In this document: one piece after another, positions 10,450 through 22,800 of the stretch
Position numbering within the stretch: the first letter of the stretch is position 1
How the letters are laid out: each line of letters opens with the position of its first letter
NCBI GenBank assembly: GCA_045650745.1
Contig: JAZRRN010000043.1
Span: 5,901-69,900, forward strand
Direction of reading: 5' to 3'
Length of the DNA: 64,000 nt
Origin: Candidatus Caccovivens sp.
Lineage (GTDB): Bacteria > Bacillota > Clostridia > Christensenellales > UBA1242
Program-made: the position numbers and the translations under genes
Notes under the pieces: model-generated
What the model was told of the DNA's origin: nothing
The model's input: the letters and a program-made list of their open reading frames with translations, nothing else
Databases searched by the model: none

Positions 10450-11814
10450 ATGGCAGATTACAAGATTTTGCCAAACAGTTTGGAAGCCGAACAAGCTTTG
10501 CTTGGTTGTGTGCTTTTGGACAACGAGGCGCAACTTGAAATTTTTGGCAAATTGAAAGATGTTGATTTTTATGCCGAATCGCATAAAAAAATCTACAAAA
10601 GCATGCTTGACATTTATGCCAAAAGCATACCAGTTGATTTTGTAACTTTGACAAATCAACTTGAAATTGAAAAGAAGCTTGAAGAAATTGGTGGGATTGA
10701 CTATATCACTTATTTGACAAACATTGTTCCGTCTGCAGCAAACTTCAAGCATTATATGGACATTGTCAAAAACAACTCAATCAGAAGACATTTGATTTTT
10801 GAAGCACAAAACATCATTTCAAAATCATTTGAGTCAGAAGATGGTGGACAAGCAATGGCTTTTGCAGAAAAACAAATCTTTGATCTTTCGCAAAAAGACA
10901 TTTCGAGCGAACTCGAACATGTCGGAAGACCAGGTGGAACGCTTACAAATGTTTTGAAGCAAATTTCCGAACTTGCAGAAAACAAAGGCAAGATGAGAGG
11001 ACTTCCAACAGGATACAAAGACTTTGATGCAATCACTGCAGGTCTTCAAAAAGGAGCTTTGATTTTGCTTGCTGCTCGTCCTGGTGTTGGTAAAACATCA
11101 TTTGCTATGAACATGGCAATCAACTCAGCAGTAAACGAAGGCAAAAAAATTGCAATCTTCTCTTTGGAAATGTCGAGGGAAGAACTTATGCAAAGAGCAT
11201 TGGCTTCACTTGCAAAAGTAAATCTTGGTCATGTGCTTAGAGGCACAATGGACAGCGAAGAGTGGAAGCGAATTTGGACTGCAGAAAAGAAACTTGCACA
11301 AAGTTCTGTTTATGTTGATGACTCATCAATGATCACTCCATTTGAAATTATTTCAAAATGTCGAAAACTCAAAATGACAGAAGGGCTTGATTTGATTGTT
11401 GTCGACTATTTGCAGTTGATGACAATGGGCAAGAGCAACAGAGAGTCAAGAACTCAAGAAGTTTCTGACTTGACAAGAACTTTGAAAATCGCAGCAAAAG
11501 AACTTAATGTGCCGATTGTTGTGCTTTCACAGTTGTCTCGTGCTGTTGAAACGCGTGAAGATCACAGACCTGTGCTTTCAGACTTGAGAGAATCAGGTTC
11601 TATCGAACAAGATGCCGACATTGTATTGTTTTTGTATAACCCAGAAAAATACAATGATGTCAAAATTGAAGACGAACCAGGCACGGTTTATCTGTTGATT
11701 TCAAAACACAGAGCTGGTTCGACTGGCGAAGTTAAGTTGAAGTGGGTGGGAGAATATACAACATTCCTCAACCATGACGAACGAATAAAAGTAGAAGAAC
11801 AAGGAGAAGAGTAA
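10450..11814 (+). CDS. dnaB: Replicative DNA helicase
   Basis: PNSLEAEQALLG, Walker A AARPGVGKT, FSLEM, VDYLQLM, LSQLSR, SDLRESGSIEQDAD. Start refined to ATG 10450 after AGGAGG. Confidence 0.98.
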   Translation: MADYKILPNSLEAEQALLGCVLLDNEAQLEIFGKLKDVDFYAESHKKIYKSMLDIYAKSIPVDFVTLTNQLEIEKKLEEIGGIDYITYLTNIVPSAANFKHYMDIVKNNSIRRHLIFEAQNIISKSFESEDGGQAMAFAEKQIFDLSQKDISSELEHVGRPGGTLTNVLKQISELAENKGKMRGLPTGYKDFDAITAGLQKGALILLAARPGVGKTSFAMNMAINSAVNEGKKIAIFSLEMSREELMQRALASLAKVNLGHVLRGTMDSEEWKRIWTAEKKLAQSSVYVDDSSMITPFEIISKCRKLKMTEGLDLIVVDYLQLMTMGKSNRESRTQEVSDLTRTLKIAAKELNVPIVVLSQLSRAVETREDHRPVLSDLRESGSIEQDADIVLFLYNPEKYNDVKIEDEPGTVYLLISKHRAGSTGEVKLKWVGEYTTFLNHDERIKVEEQGEE

Positions 11815-11816
11815 TT

Positions 11817-12632
11817 ATGAAAAGAAAAGGACTTATTATCGTAGCGATTCTTGCAATAGTTGCTGTGGTGTTGACAGTTGTGTTTGTTACATTGTTTAGA
11901 AAGAAAGACACTGACGAACTTGCTGCAAACATCAACGAAGTGGTTGCACTCAAGAGTGGTTACCTCAACGCAGAAAATGAAAGCAACATTGTGATTGATG
12001 ACTATTTGAGTGTTGTTGCAACAAAAGTTGAAACAGCAGGCGAAGTCAACGAAATCAAAAACTATGCAAAAGCATATCAAGCATATGAAATCATTGGCAC
12101 ATTCTACAACAGACAAATGCCTTTTGCAGTTTTTAATTCAACATACAAAAACAACAGAAAGGCAGTTGCCAGAAGTTTGTCAAATGCTCAAAGCAAAGCT
12201 GACAACATTGCACAATATCTCAACAACATCAAAGGTGCAGTAGGAAACAGTGATTATTGGCAAGCAAACACTTGGGCTGATTGCAAAGAAGACTTTAGAG
12301 ATATGTTTGCAAGCACAGCAAAAGCATTCAACACACTTGGCATGATTTATCAAGAATGTGTAGAATCATATTTCGCAAACAACGAAATGACAGATGCAAT
12401 CATCTATGCAATCGAATTTGAATCTACAACAATGTTGGAGTCTGCAACACAACAACAAGTTTACGGAGCAAACTTGCTTTTCATTGCAAACGCATATATG
12501 ACAGTGTCAACTGAAACAAGAATTTACAACTATGAATATGCTTCAACAAGTTTCAAAGACAAAATTAAAGATATCCTTGAAAACGGAAGCAGCAGTGCCA
12601 ACTATACATCGTTGGTTATGGGCTCAATTTAA
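11817..12632 (+). CDS. Hypothetical N-terminally anchored alpha-helical protein
   Basis: MKRK plus a long hydrophobic helix, then RKK. Helical Ala/Asn/Tyr-rich body. AGGAG Shine-Dalgarno. Confidence 0.8.
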   Translation: MKRKGLIIVAILAIVAVVLTVVFVTLFRKKDTDELAANINEVVALKSGYLNAENESNIVIDDYLSVVATKVETAGEVNEIKNYAKAYQAYEIIGTFYNRQMPFAVFNSTYKNNRKAVARSLSNAQSKADNIAQYLNNIKGAVGNSDYWQANTWADCKEDFRDMFASTAKAFNTLGMIYQECVESYFANNEMTDAIIYAIEFESTTMLESATQQQVYGANLLFIANAYMTVSTETRIYNYEYASTSFKDKIKDILENGSSSANYTSLVMGSI

Positions 12633-12644
12633 GGAGGTTCAGAT

Positions 12645-13727
12645 ATGAAAATAAGAAAAATTGCATTAAGTTTGGTTTTGGTTTTGTTTAGCTTCTGTAG
12701 TGCATTTGCTTTGGCAGGATGCGGCGGTGCAAGCTTGAAAACACTTAAAGAATCATTTGACAAAATGGATGCTGTTTATGCACAATATTCAACAGTTTTC
12801 AAAACAGGAAGCTGTGATGGATTTTCGACAAAATATTTGATAGACTATGGCACAGAAATCAACAACCTTGTTGGAAACAACGAAGTTGGTTTCAAGTCGC
12901 TCAGATCAAAATATAATATTCTTTTGGCAATTTCAAATGACTATATTGACAAAAACAAAGCATTTATCATTTCTTTCAAAGAAGAAGATTTGACAAAGGC
13001 AGCAAAAAAATCAATCAAAAAACTCAATGAAAGTGTTGTTGAATACACAGATTATATTGACGAATTTGTAAAAGCTAGAAATTCTTTCAATGACTATTGG
13101 AGAGTTCATGGTGCAACAGCAAACCAAGAATCAAAAGAAGCTTATTTGAGAGAATTTAAGAGAGAATTTGGCGCTTTGGTAGAAAAGAACATTGAAGTTT
13201 CTACAAACTTGGCAAAAACTATCGAAGAAACAGAAATCTTTGATTTGCTCAAAGCTGCACAACCAACAAAAGACGACACAACAATCGTTAAAGAATATTT
13301 GAGAGCAAAAATGCTTCCAATTTACAGCAATTTCTTGATCACAGAAACAGAAACTGCTTTGAATTGGGACAACACACTTTACAACGGCGTGCAAACAAAA
13401 AAAGATATTGACGCTGTTTTGGAAACATTGTCAAACAACTTCGAAGAATACAAAACACAATTCCTCGGAGATGCAACAGTTCAACTTACACTTGACGAAA
13501 TGAAAGCATTTTTGAATCTTATCGACAACTTTGTTATCGAATCTGGCTCATATTTGAGAGCGTTGAAAGATTTGAAGATTAGCGAACTTGCAACAACTTA
13601 CAAATATGACATGGAAAAATATATAAAAGAAAATAAATTTGCAGAAATTTATCTTCAAAAAATTGAACAATTTATCAATACAACTTTGCCAAACTTTGTT
13701 GAAAAAGTTGTAGATTACATTTATTAA
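12645..13727 (+). CDS. Hypothetical alpha-helical lipoprotein
   Basis: Signal peptide with lipobox LAG-C, amphipathic helical body, AGGAGG Shine-Dalgarno. Confidence 0.8.
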   Translation: MKIRKIALSLVLVLFSFCSAFALAGCGGASLKTLKESFDKMDAVYAQYSTVFKTGSCDGFSTKYLIDYGTEINNLVGNNEVGFKSLRSKYNILLAISNDYIDKNKAFIISFKEEDLTKAAKKSIKKLNESVVEYTDYIDEFVKARNSFNDYWRVHGATANQESKEAYLREFKREFGALVEKNIEVSTNLAKTIEETEIFDLLKAAQPTKDDTTIVKEYLRAKMLPIYSNFLITETETALNWDNTLYNGVQTKKDIDAVLETLSNNFEEYKTQFLGDATVQLTLDEMKAFLNLIDNFVIESGSYLRALKDLKISELATTYKYDMEKYIKENKFAEIYLQKIEQFINTTLPNFVEKVVDYIY

Positions 13728-13743
13728 GATTTAGGAGTAAATA

Positions 13744-15375
13744 ATGGACTACAAAAAATTGGCCGATTTGTTGTTTGCTGACAACCAATTGACAGTTGAA
13801 GAAATAGAAGCAAGATATGCAAAAAGAGATTTGCCACAAGGTGCACATGTTACTCGTTTTGCACCAAGCCCAACAGGATATATGCACCTTGGTGGATTCT
13901 TTCAAGCATTGATTGATTTCAATCTTGCAAAAAGAAGTGGTGGTGTTTTCTATCTTCGTATTGAAGACACTGACCAAAAGAGAGAAGTTTCTGGCGCAAG
14001 TGCAATCATCATGAATATTTTGACATCTTATGGACTTTTGCCAGATGAATACCAACTCAAAGGTGGGGTAACAATTGGCGAATATGGTCCGTATTATCAA
14101 AGCGAAAGAAAAGAAATTTACAAAGCTTATGCAAAAAAACTTGTTGCAGAAGGAAAGGCTTTTCCTTGTTTCTGCAAGAAGACAGAAGGTTTGAGTGATG
14201 TAAAAGAAAAAAGAGAAAAGAAATTTGCTGTGGGTATCACAGAAGATCATGACCCTTGCAGAAATTTGACAATCGAACAAATTGAACAATATTTGAAAGC
14301 TGGCAAAAAGTTTGCAATTCGTCTCAAATCAAAAGGGAACGGAACAAACAAAATCAAAATTGTTGATGGTGCAAAAGGTGAAGTTGAACTTTTGGAAAAC
14401 GCATCAGATGCAATTTTGCTTAAAGATGACTTTATGCCAACATACAACTTTGCGCATGGTGTTGATGACACATTGATGGGCACAACAGTTGTTGTGCGTG
14501 GAGAAGAATGGCTTCCATCTTATCCTTTGCATGTCGAAATTTTTGAAGCATTGGGATTTAAGCAACCACAATACATTCACTCACCACTCATTTACAAACT
14601 CAATGAGAAAGGCAACAAAAACAAAATTTCAAAGAGAAAACACCCAGAAGCAGATATGCGTTTCTTTGATAAAGAAGGTTATGAAAAACAAGCAGTTGTT
14701 GAATATTTGCTCAACTTGATCAATTCAAACTTCGAAAATTGGAGAAAAGCAAAGCCTTCTGCTGACATTATGGAATTTCCTTTTGATGGGTTTAACATCA
14801 CAGCAAACACTCCAGTGTTTGACATCGTAAAACTCAACGACATTTCAAAAGAAATCATTTCAAAATATTCTGCAGACAAGTGTTATCAAGAACTTCTTGC
14901 TTGGGCGAGAGAATATTCGTTGGAAAATTTGGATTATCTCGTGAAAGATAGAGAATATGTAACAAATGTTCTCAATATCGACAGAGAAAAACCAAAACCA
15001 AGAAAAGATATCTACAAGTGGAGCATGTTTTTTGACTTGTTTGATTATATGTTTAGCGATCCTGCAAAGTTTGAACTTGAAGATATCAACAAAAAAGATT
15101 TTGAAATCGTTTTGAGAGAATATAAAAAATACATTGATTTGTCTTCAAAAGATGCTTGGTTTGCAAACATCAAGAAGATGGCAGATGTTTTGGGATATGC
15201 GACAGACAATGCAGATTTCAAGAAAAATCCAGAAAAGTATAAAGGAAATGTGGCAAAAGTTTGCGAATATATTCGCATCGCTGTCACAGGAAGAAAAAAC
15301 TCTCCAGACTTGTATGAAATTATGAGTTTGTTGGGAGAAAAAGAAGTTCTTCAAAGAATGGCAGAATTTGCCTAA
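13744..15375 (+). CDS. gltX: Glutamate--tRNA ligase
   Basis: TRFAPSPTGYMHLG, LRIEDTD, GPYYQSER, VVRGEEW, KISKR, SPDL anticodon-domain motif. Confidence 0.96.
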   Translation: MDYKKLADLLFADNQLTVEEIEARYAKRDLPQGAHVTRFAPSPTGYMHLGGFFQALIDFNLAKRSGGVFYLRIEDTDQKREVSGASAIIMNILTSYGLLPDEYQLKGGVTIGEYGPYYQSERKEIYKAYAKKLVAEGKAFPCFCKKTEGLSDVKEKREKKFAVGITEDHDPCRNLTIEQIEQYLKAGKKFAIRLKSKGNGTNKIKIVDGAKGEVELLENASDAILLKDDFMPTYNFAHGVDDTLMGTTVVVRGEEWLPSYPLHVEIFEALGFKQPQYIHSPLIYKLNEKGNKNKISKRKHPEADMRFFDKEGYEKQAVVEYLLNLINSNFENWRKAKPSADIMEFPFDGFNITANTPVFDIVKLNDISKEIISKYSADKCYQELLAWAREYSLENLDYLVKDREYVTNVLNIDREKPKPRKDIYKWSMFFDLFDYMFSDPAKFELEDINKKDFEIVLREYKKYIDLSSKDAWFANIKKMADVLGYATDNADFKKNPEKYKGNVAKVCEYIRIAVTGRKNSPDLYEIMSLLGEKEVLQRMAEFA

Positions 15376-15419
15376 AAAATGACATATAATAGCAAAAGGC
15401 AACAAGATAAGAAAATGAC

Positions 15420-15447
15420 AAAAAATCGCCAATTTTTGCGATTTTTT
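15420..15447 (+). terminator. Intrinsic terminator after gltX
   Basis: AAAAAATCGC-N8-GCGATTTTTT hairpin. Confidence 0.65.
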
Positions 15448-15500
15448 GAGCAAATTGATTGCTTTTTGCTATTTTTGATATGATATATCGGAGAAATTGT

Positions 15501-16559
15501 ATGGGAAAGATTATTTTGACAGGTGATAGACCAACAGGCAATTTGCATATTGGACACTATGTTGGCTCTATTGCAAACAGACTTAAATTGCAAGCAGAAG
15601 GCAATTTTGACAAGTTTTATATTATGATTGCAGACACTCAAGCGTTGACAGACAATGCAGACAAAGTGGACAAAGTGAGAAACAACATCATTCAAGTTGC
15701 TTTGGATTATTTGTCAGCAGGCATTGATCCTGAAAAAGTTAACATTTTTATTCAATCGCAAGTGCCAGAATTGGCAGAAATGACAATGTATTTTATGAAT
15801 CTTGTCACAGTTGCAAGACTCAACAGAAATCCAACCGTGAAAGAAGAATTGAAGCAAAGAGATTTTGCAAACACAATGCCAGTTGGATTTATGTGTTATC
15901 CAATCAGTCAAGCATCAGATATTTTGGCTTTCAATGCAAATTGTGTGCCAGTGGGCGAAGATCAGTTGCCAATGCTCGAACAAGCAAGAGAAATCGTAAG
16001 AAGTTTCCACAATGCTTATGGCGAAGATGTGCTTGTTATGCCAGAACCTTTGCTTCCTGACAACAAATCTTGTGCAAGATTGGTTGGCACAGATGGAAAA
16101 CTTAAAATGAGTAAATCTGCAGGAAATTGCATCTATTTGAAAGACGAACCAGAAGTGATTAAGCAAAAAATCATGGGTGCTTACACAGATCCTGACCACA
16201 TCAAGGTTTCAGATCCAGGAAAAGTGGAAGGAAATGTTGTGTTTGCTTATCTTGATGCTTTTGCAACAGATGAGTCTTTTGCAAAGTATTTGCCAGAATA
16301 CAAAAATCTTGACGAATTGAAAGATCACTATCGCAGAGGTGGCTTGGGTGATGTCAAAATCAAACTTTTCTTAAACAATGTTTTGCAAGAATTGCTTGCT
16401 CCAATCCGTGAAAGAAGAAAGGTTTTGGAACAAAATATTGACCAAATCTATGAAATGTTGTTTGAAAATGGTCGCCAAGCGAGCAAAGTTGCAGCAGAAA
16501 CTTTGTCAAGAATGAAAGCTGCAATGGGGATAGATTATTCGCAATTTCTTAAAAAATAA
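15501..16559 (+). CDS. trpS: Tryptophan--tRNA ligase
   Basis: TGDRPTGNLHIGH, VPVGEDQ, KMSKS, AYTDP. Start refined to ATG 15501 after GGAG. Confidence 0.97.
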   Translation: MGKIILTGDRPTGNLHIGHYVGSIANRLKLQAEGNFDKFYIMIADTQALTDNADKVDKVRNNIIQVALDYLSAGIDPEKVNIFIQSQVPELAEMTMYFMNLVTVARLNRNPTVKEELKQRDFANTMPVGFMCYPISQASDILAFNANCVPVGEDQLPMLEQAREIVRSFHNAYGEDVLVMPEPLLPDNKSCARLVGTDGKLKMSKSAGNCIYLKDEPEVIKQKIMGAYTDPDHIKVSDPGKVEGNVVFAYLDAFATDESFAKYLPEYKNLDELKDHYRRGGLGDVKIKLFLNNVLQELLAPIRERRKVLEQNIDQIYEMLFENGRQASKVAAETLSRMKAAMGIDYSQFLKK

Positions 16560-16720
16560 GAGAAAAAATAATAATTAAAAAAATATAAAAAAATATCAAA
16601 AAATCGGCAAAAATGCAGTTTTTTGGTATTTTTTTATTTAATTTTTGTCTATTTTTTATCAATAAAAATAATAAAAATAAAAAAGTCGTTTTTGTTAGAT
16701 TTTATATGACTAAAAGCCGT

Positions 16721-16751
16721 GATATTATATATATTAAAAATATATAATATC
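16721..16751. repeat. Perfect 12-bp inverted repeat upstream of the giant gene
   Basis: GATATTATATAT-N7-ATATATAATATC. Confidence 0.6.
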
Positions 16752-16835
16752 TTTTATATTTTCGTTTGTTTATTTCACGATTTTATTGTAAAATATTATC
16801 AGGTAGAAATTTAAGTAATATCAAGGAGAAATCCA

Positions 16836-19800
16836 ATGAAGAAGCGTAATTTATTTATTTCAGTTTTGATTTTAGTTTTTGGGCTTTTTACTGCCCTTAG
16901 TTTTTTTGATGTAGGCAAAGGACAAAACAACATTGTTTATGCTGATTCTACAAATGCAAGTGAATGGGACGGAACTACACCAACTTCTGCATCGCAGGTT
17001 ACATTGGCAGATTTTTATGACAATGGATCAAACGAAGCAAGGATTCGTTCGGCTGCAGGTCTTGCATATTTTGCACATACAATCAACACTTACTCTGGAT
17101 CTAAAACTTATCAAAACTACACTGTCTACCTTGAAACTGATATTGACTTAAAAAATCACGCTTGGACACCAATTGGGACTAACAGTTTTTTTGAAGGAAC
17201 TTTTGATGGACAAAAGCACACTGTCTACAACATTAAGATTGCTGCTGATGGAGCATACGCAGGTTTCTTTGGAATGGTTGTAGGAAACATTTACAATTTG
17301 AACCTTGAAAACATTACATATGCTTCGGTTGCGCAATATGTTGGTGGTTTGGTTGCTCACTTCTCATACATATCAAATCCAAACACAATTTCAGACTGCT
17401 CTGTTGACAAAATTACTTACACAGGAAACACTTCTGTTACACACTTTGGTGGACTTGTTGGTTTTGCAGGCACAGCTGACTCAACAATCAGCAAGAGCAG
17501 AGTGTTGAGACTCAATGTTTCTTCTTCAACCACAAACATTGGTGGGCTTGTTGGGACATCTGTTGCAAACATTCGCGAGTGCTATACCGAAGGGTCTTTC
17601 TCTGTCAGTGGCACAGGGGTTTATGTTGGTGGTCTTGTTGGAAGTATGGGCAAGGGGATCTCTGGATCTTACAACCCAGAAATTTATGATTCGTTTTCAA
17701 CTGTAGGCATCAAACTCTCTGCAAAAGAAATCACAGCAGGTGGTCTTGTTGGCATTGTTGACAACATATTAAAAAACACATTTAAATATGTGCTTCGCAC
17801 TTCTTATTTTGCAGGAAGCATTTCAGGCACTTCTTCATCAGTCGGCATGAATGCAACCGTTGGTGGTCTTGTGGGTGTCATCAATGCGACAAACGCTCAG
17901 CTTACAGATTGTTTTTCTTTGGCAACATTGCCAACAGACAAAACTTTGTATACGACAACAAAAACTCCAAAAGTTACAAAATGTTATGACAACATCGCAA
18001 CTTCTGGATCTAGATATGTGAAAGAACTTAAAGACTTTGCATATATCGAAGGTTTTTATGGAAGTGACAGATATTGGACTGGCGAAAGAATGGACAGTGG
18101 GGTTGCTGGATTTAAGACATACAAAACTCTTTGGGATTTTGACACTATTTGGGGCATTGAATTTGGCATGAACAACGGATTGCCATATTTGCGTAGCACA
18201 AACATTTTCTCAAACAACCATGATTCATATTATTCAGGCAAAACTGAAATGGGGCTTGATGTTTTGCAAGGCGCAGGCACTGTTGACAATCCATACAAAA
18301 TTTTCACAGCAGCAGATTTGGGATATGTTTCATTCTATTACAACGAGCTCAACTATGAAGCTCAAAAAGCAAAGCCTGGTGCAAAAGTTTATTATGCTTT
18401 GCAAAATGACATTGACTTGACAGGAAAGACATGGATGCCAATCGGCACTTACACTGCAACAAAGGCTTTTCAAGATGTTTTTGACGGAAATGGATTTACA
18501 ATTTCTGGGCTTACTTGTTCGCAACACGAAAGCTTTTCGCACTATGGTTTGTTTGGAAGGACTTCAAATGGTGCAGTCATCAAAAACTTGACAATGAAAA
18601 ATGTCATCTATTTGACATCTCCAAGCAGCAGCACTGTTGGAAAGGGAACTTTTATTGGTTCTGTTGATGGCGAAACATATCTTATAAACTGTCGAGATGA
18701 AAATTGTGCATCTACATCAGACAAAGACAATCCATCAATCGGCACTGCTGTTACAAACAAAAAATTGTTTATTGTTGCTGGCGAAAACAGTCACAACATC
18801 AATCTTTCAAACTTGAAAGTAAATCAATATGAAAGACTTTATCAAGTAGAAATTGATTCTGCTGGTGGTATTTTCTATTCTTCGACAGTTGCATCAAAGC
18901 AAGCGACAAACAAAGTCAACAAGGGCATTTACAAATTGGTGTTGACTTCTGATGGAAAAATTTATCAAGATTCAAAAAAGAATCCAATCAAGATTGACGA
19001 AACATACAACACAATGTTGCCAACAACTTCTGACAATGAAGAATATGCAAAATCATATTTGGATTTGCTTATCAAAAAAGGTTTCAAACTTGCTGGCTAT
19101 CAAGTCGCAAATGTAAAAGATGGACAAGTGTTGAATCTTTCAGACACAAAAGTTGACAATTTGACAGATGCTTTGGCAAAACTTGAAACAGGTGCAACAA
19201 CAATCAGGCTTGTTGCTCTTTGGAATGATATGGGCTTTTACAACACTTCAACTGCTGTAAAGGTTAAAATCGTCTACAATGACTATGAAAGAGACAACTT
19301 CTATGCAGAGTATGCTGCAAGCACAACATGGAATGTAAGCAAAAATGCACAAGGAAAGCCAGTTGTTTACATTGACTACAATCTCGAATATGACTCAGTG
19401 CTTGAAGAAGATTATCCAGAGTTGTTTGACACACCTTATGTCATCAAGAGTGGTCAAAGGGTGTATATGAGAAACAACGACTTTGAAGTTGATCAAATCT
19501 GGACAACTTACAGTGCAAGCAAATTTACAAACGCAGTAAGCAGAGGTCAATTTGCCAACAGCAGGATTGACAATTCTCAATGGCACGCAAGTTGGAAGGC
19601 AGCAACCTCAAAGATCACCGGAAACGCACTTCCTACTACTTACAACTTTACAATCAAGTTTAAGCAAATCGCGCATGAGGAAACATACAACGACTATAGA
19701 GATTATGCAGGCGATTTTGAACTTGCCGATGCGATTGAATCAATCACATATCGCAGAAGTGCCCAAGACTTCAAGGTTGAAACTGTTGTAGAATTTTCTG

Positions 19801-22800
19801 AAATGACAAACGGAACTTTTACATTCTCTTATGACACAACAAACAGTGTTGACAAGTCGCAATACATTATGCTTAAAGTCAACCTTAAAGAGGGATATAG
19901 TTTCCCAGGTGCAGTTTCGTTTGGGGATTTGCAAAGTGGAAAGAAAAATACCAACTTTGGTATTTTGACTGTTGGCAATGCTGACAAAGGTGCAACCGGT
20001 TATTTCTCTGCACAAAAGAAAACTTTGGCGACAGAAGGAGTTTTGTTCTACAACCTTGTTGGAAACTATACATTAAACTTGACTGTGCAAAGAGATCTTG
20101 TTCAACACGTTGTGGAAGCGGGACTTTATCATGCATTTGCTCCAAACTTGCAAGATGTGCAAAATGTTTATGCTTATGCTGTTGTTGACAACGAAGAAGT
20201 CCAGTATGAATTGAAAATCAACGGCAAAGGTCTTCAAGGGTTGCATGTTGGTTTAGATGTTAAAAACAAAGCAATCATCTCTTCTGATCCTGAATTTGGA
20301 TCAATCAAACTTGTTACAAACAGCAGTGGTGGTTGGAGTTATATGGACAACGGCAAAGAAGTCAAGCTGGTGTTCAATCAAAATTCACCATCTGGATTCT
20401 CAATGTATTTGAGATATGTTACGGCCACTGGCGACAGGTTTTTTGAATATCGCTATCAAGTGATGGCAAATGGATATAAAAACGAAGAAAAACTTTATAT
20501 CTATGAACTTTCCGAACTTCCAAGATACGGAGACTATGAAACAGACGAAACAAGAATTGACTTTGTTTTAAACTTCAATCTCAACCTCAACTATCTTACT
20601 TGGCCAGAAGAAACTGTTGAGCATTACACAGACACTGATTTTGTCTTCTTGGCAAGCACCGAAGACACTGCGATTGTGTTTAATGACTATGTTACACAAG
20701 CTGGTTGGGACGACTATTTCCCAGATGAAATCAAAGTAGGTGGCGAAGGTGGTGCAACTCACACTGCATTGATCGAAGCAGAAGGTGCAGGTGGCATAAA
20801 ACAACCAAGAAAATTTGTTGTCGAATTTGTAAGAATTGGACATGGTTATTCAACAAACTACTACGAAATCAAGGCAGTAGAAAAATATACAGAAGCTTCG
20901 TTTAGAATCAAGATTGTGGATTCAAACGGAAATATGATCATGCCTGGCGAATCTCCAACATCAGAATTTATGCATGTGGACATTCCAAAATATTTGATCA
21001 CAGAAGATGGAACGGTTACATTCAAAATCGCAACCACTCCATACTACACAATCAGAAATGCATTTGATGCATCTGGAACACCTCAACTTATTTTTGCAAC
21101 ATCTGCGACAGACACATCAGAGTTGTATAACATTCACATCAATCCAAGAAAAGTTTCTCTTGACAAGGGTATTGGCGAATCTGACGAATCTTATCAACAA
21201 AGATGTCGTGACTATATGGATGCATTGGCACGAGAAAACGAAAGATATTTTACAAGAGAAGGCAGAGGACCAAGCATTTCAATCACAAATGACACATTTG
21301 AAATTGCGTTGCCTTACAACAGAGCGACAAATGCTATTGGTCTTCAACCAGGAAACTACGAAATCACAATCACTTGTGAAATTGTTTATTACAAGCTTGA
21401 ATATGGCACAAGATTTTTGGCTTATCAAGACAGAGATGTTTTAGAAAGCGAACTCACTTTGGACAACACTGGCGATGGAGTTTATCTTGCCGAAGAAGAA
21501 AACTCTCAAATCAACACATATGCTCTCAGAGAAGAAGCAGATTATGACTCGGCAGTGCAAAACATTCAATATGATGACAGAATGTTTATTGCCACACAAC
21601 TTGGTCCAAACCAAGCATACTACTTCAAAGGTTGGTATATTGAGGCATACAACTATCAAGGTTACATAAAGATTGGACCTGATTTGTTTACCTCAGAAAG
21701 TTTTGACTTCTTCTATTCTGACTATTATGTTGATCCGGCGATCGTGCCAGAAGAATACAACACTCGCTATCAAACAAGAATTTATGCAGTTTACATCAAA
21801 AAGCAGGTCACACTCACTGTTTACGACAACGGCATAATGCTTGATGAAAATGGTATTGAGGGTGTTGATGTCGAAAAATATCTGTTTGAATTTGAAATAA
21901 CAGATCTTCAATTTAAGATAGGTGAAACGACACCACTTACAGAGCAAATCTATTCTTACTCTTCAAATGCAACAGAACCACTGTTGCTCAACGGATTATC
22001 ATTCTCAAAAAATTCGGGCTTTGGTTATTATTTTGATGGATACCAATTGGTAGACGAAGCAGGCCGGGCATTGCAAACGGTTGAAAGTGTGTTGATTTTT
22101 GATCTTCATGACTACATAAAAGACATGCTCGAAAATCCTGCAAATGGGGAGCAATATATAAACGAAAGAACATTGTATTTGAAACCTTTGCTCAGACAAA
22201 AGACTGCTCGCATTCTTCTTTATTCTGGTACGGGCACAGCTACAAGCTATGGGGATTTCAAAGACAACGGTATTGTTTATGACTACAGTGGAAATGAAAG
22301 CACAGATGATGTTTATGAAATCGTTCAAATGTTCTACACTCAAACAATAACTTTGGACGCAACAGAAGGATACGAATTTTTGCTTAACGGCGAAGAAACT
22401 AATCTTTCTGCAAATGCAGTTTTCGCTTCAAGAAAGGGTTATCAACTCGAACCTATGAAACCTTGGTCTGTTGTCGAAGGAAACAAAGGTTCGCTCGATG
22501 GATCTTATTTTGAGCTCAACAGCAACTATTTCACAGAAGAAACAGCAGATGTAAACTATCTCGAAATTCACATTTACAGAGCTTGGAAAGCAAACGAATA
22601 TACTCTTGTCTTTGGAAGAGGAACAGGAACTTTCACTCCAAACACAGATGCCGAAAGCGTTACTGTCAAAGTGGTTTATGATCAAGAATATGGTTCTGAT
22701 TGCAGACTCTTGTCTGGTGTGCCAACTTTGAGTAAGATCAAATACACAGGTTACGCACTTATCGGTTGGAATTATACTCACAATGATGGCGTGACCGTTA

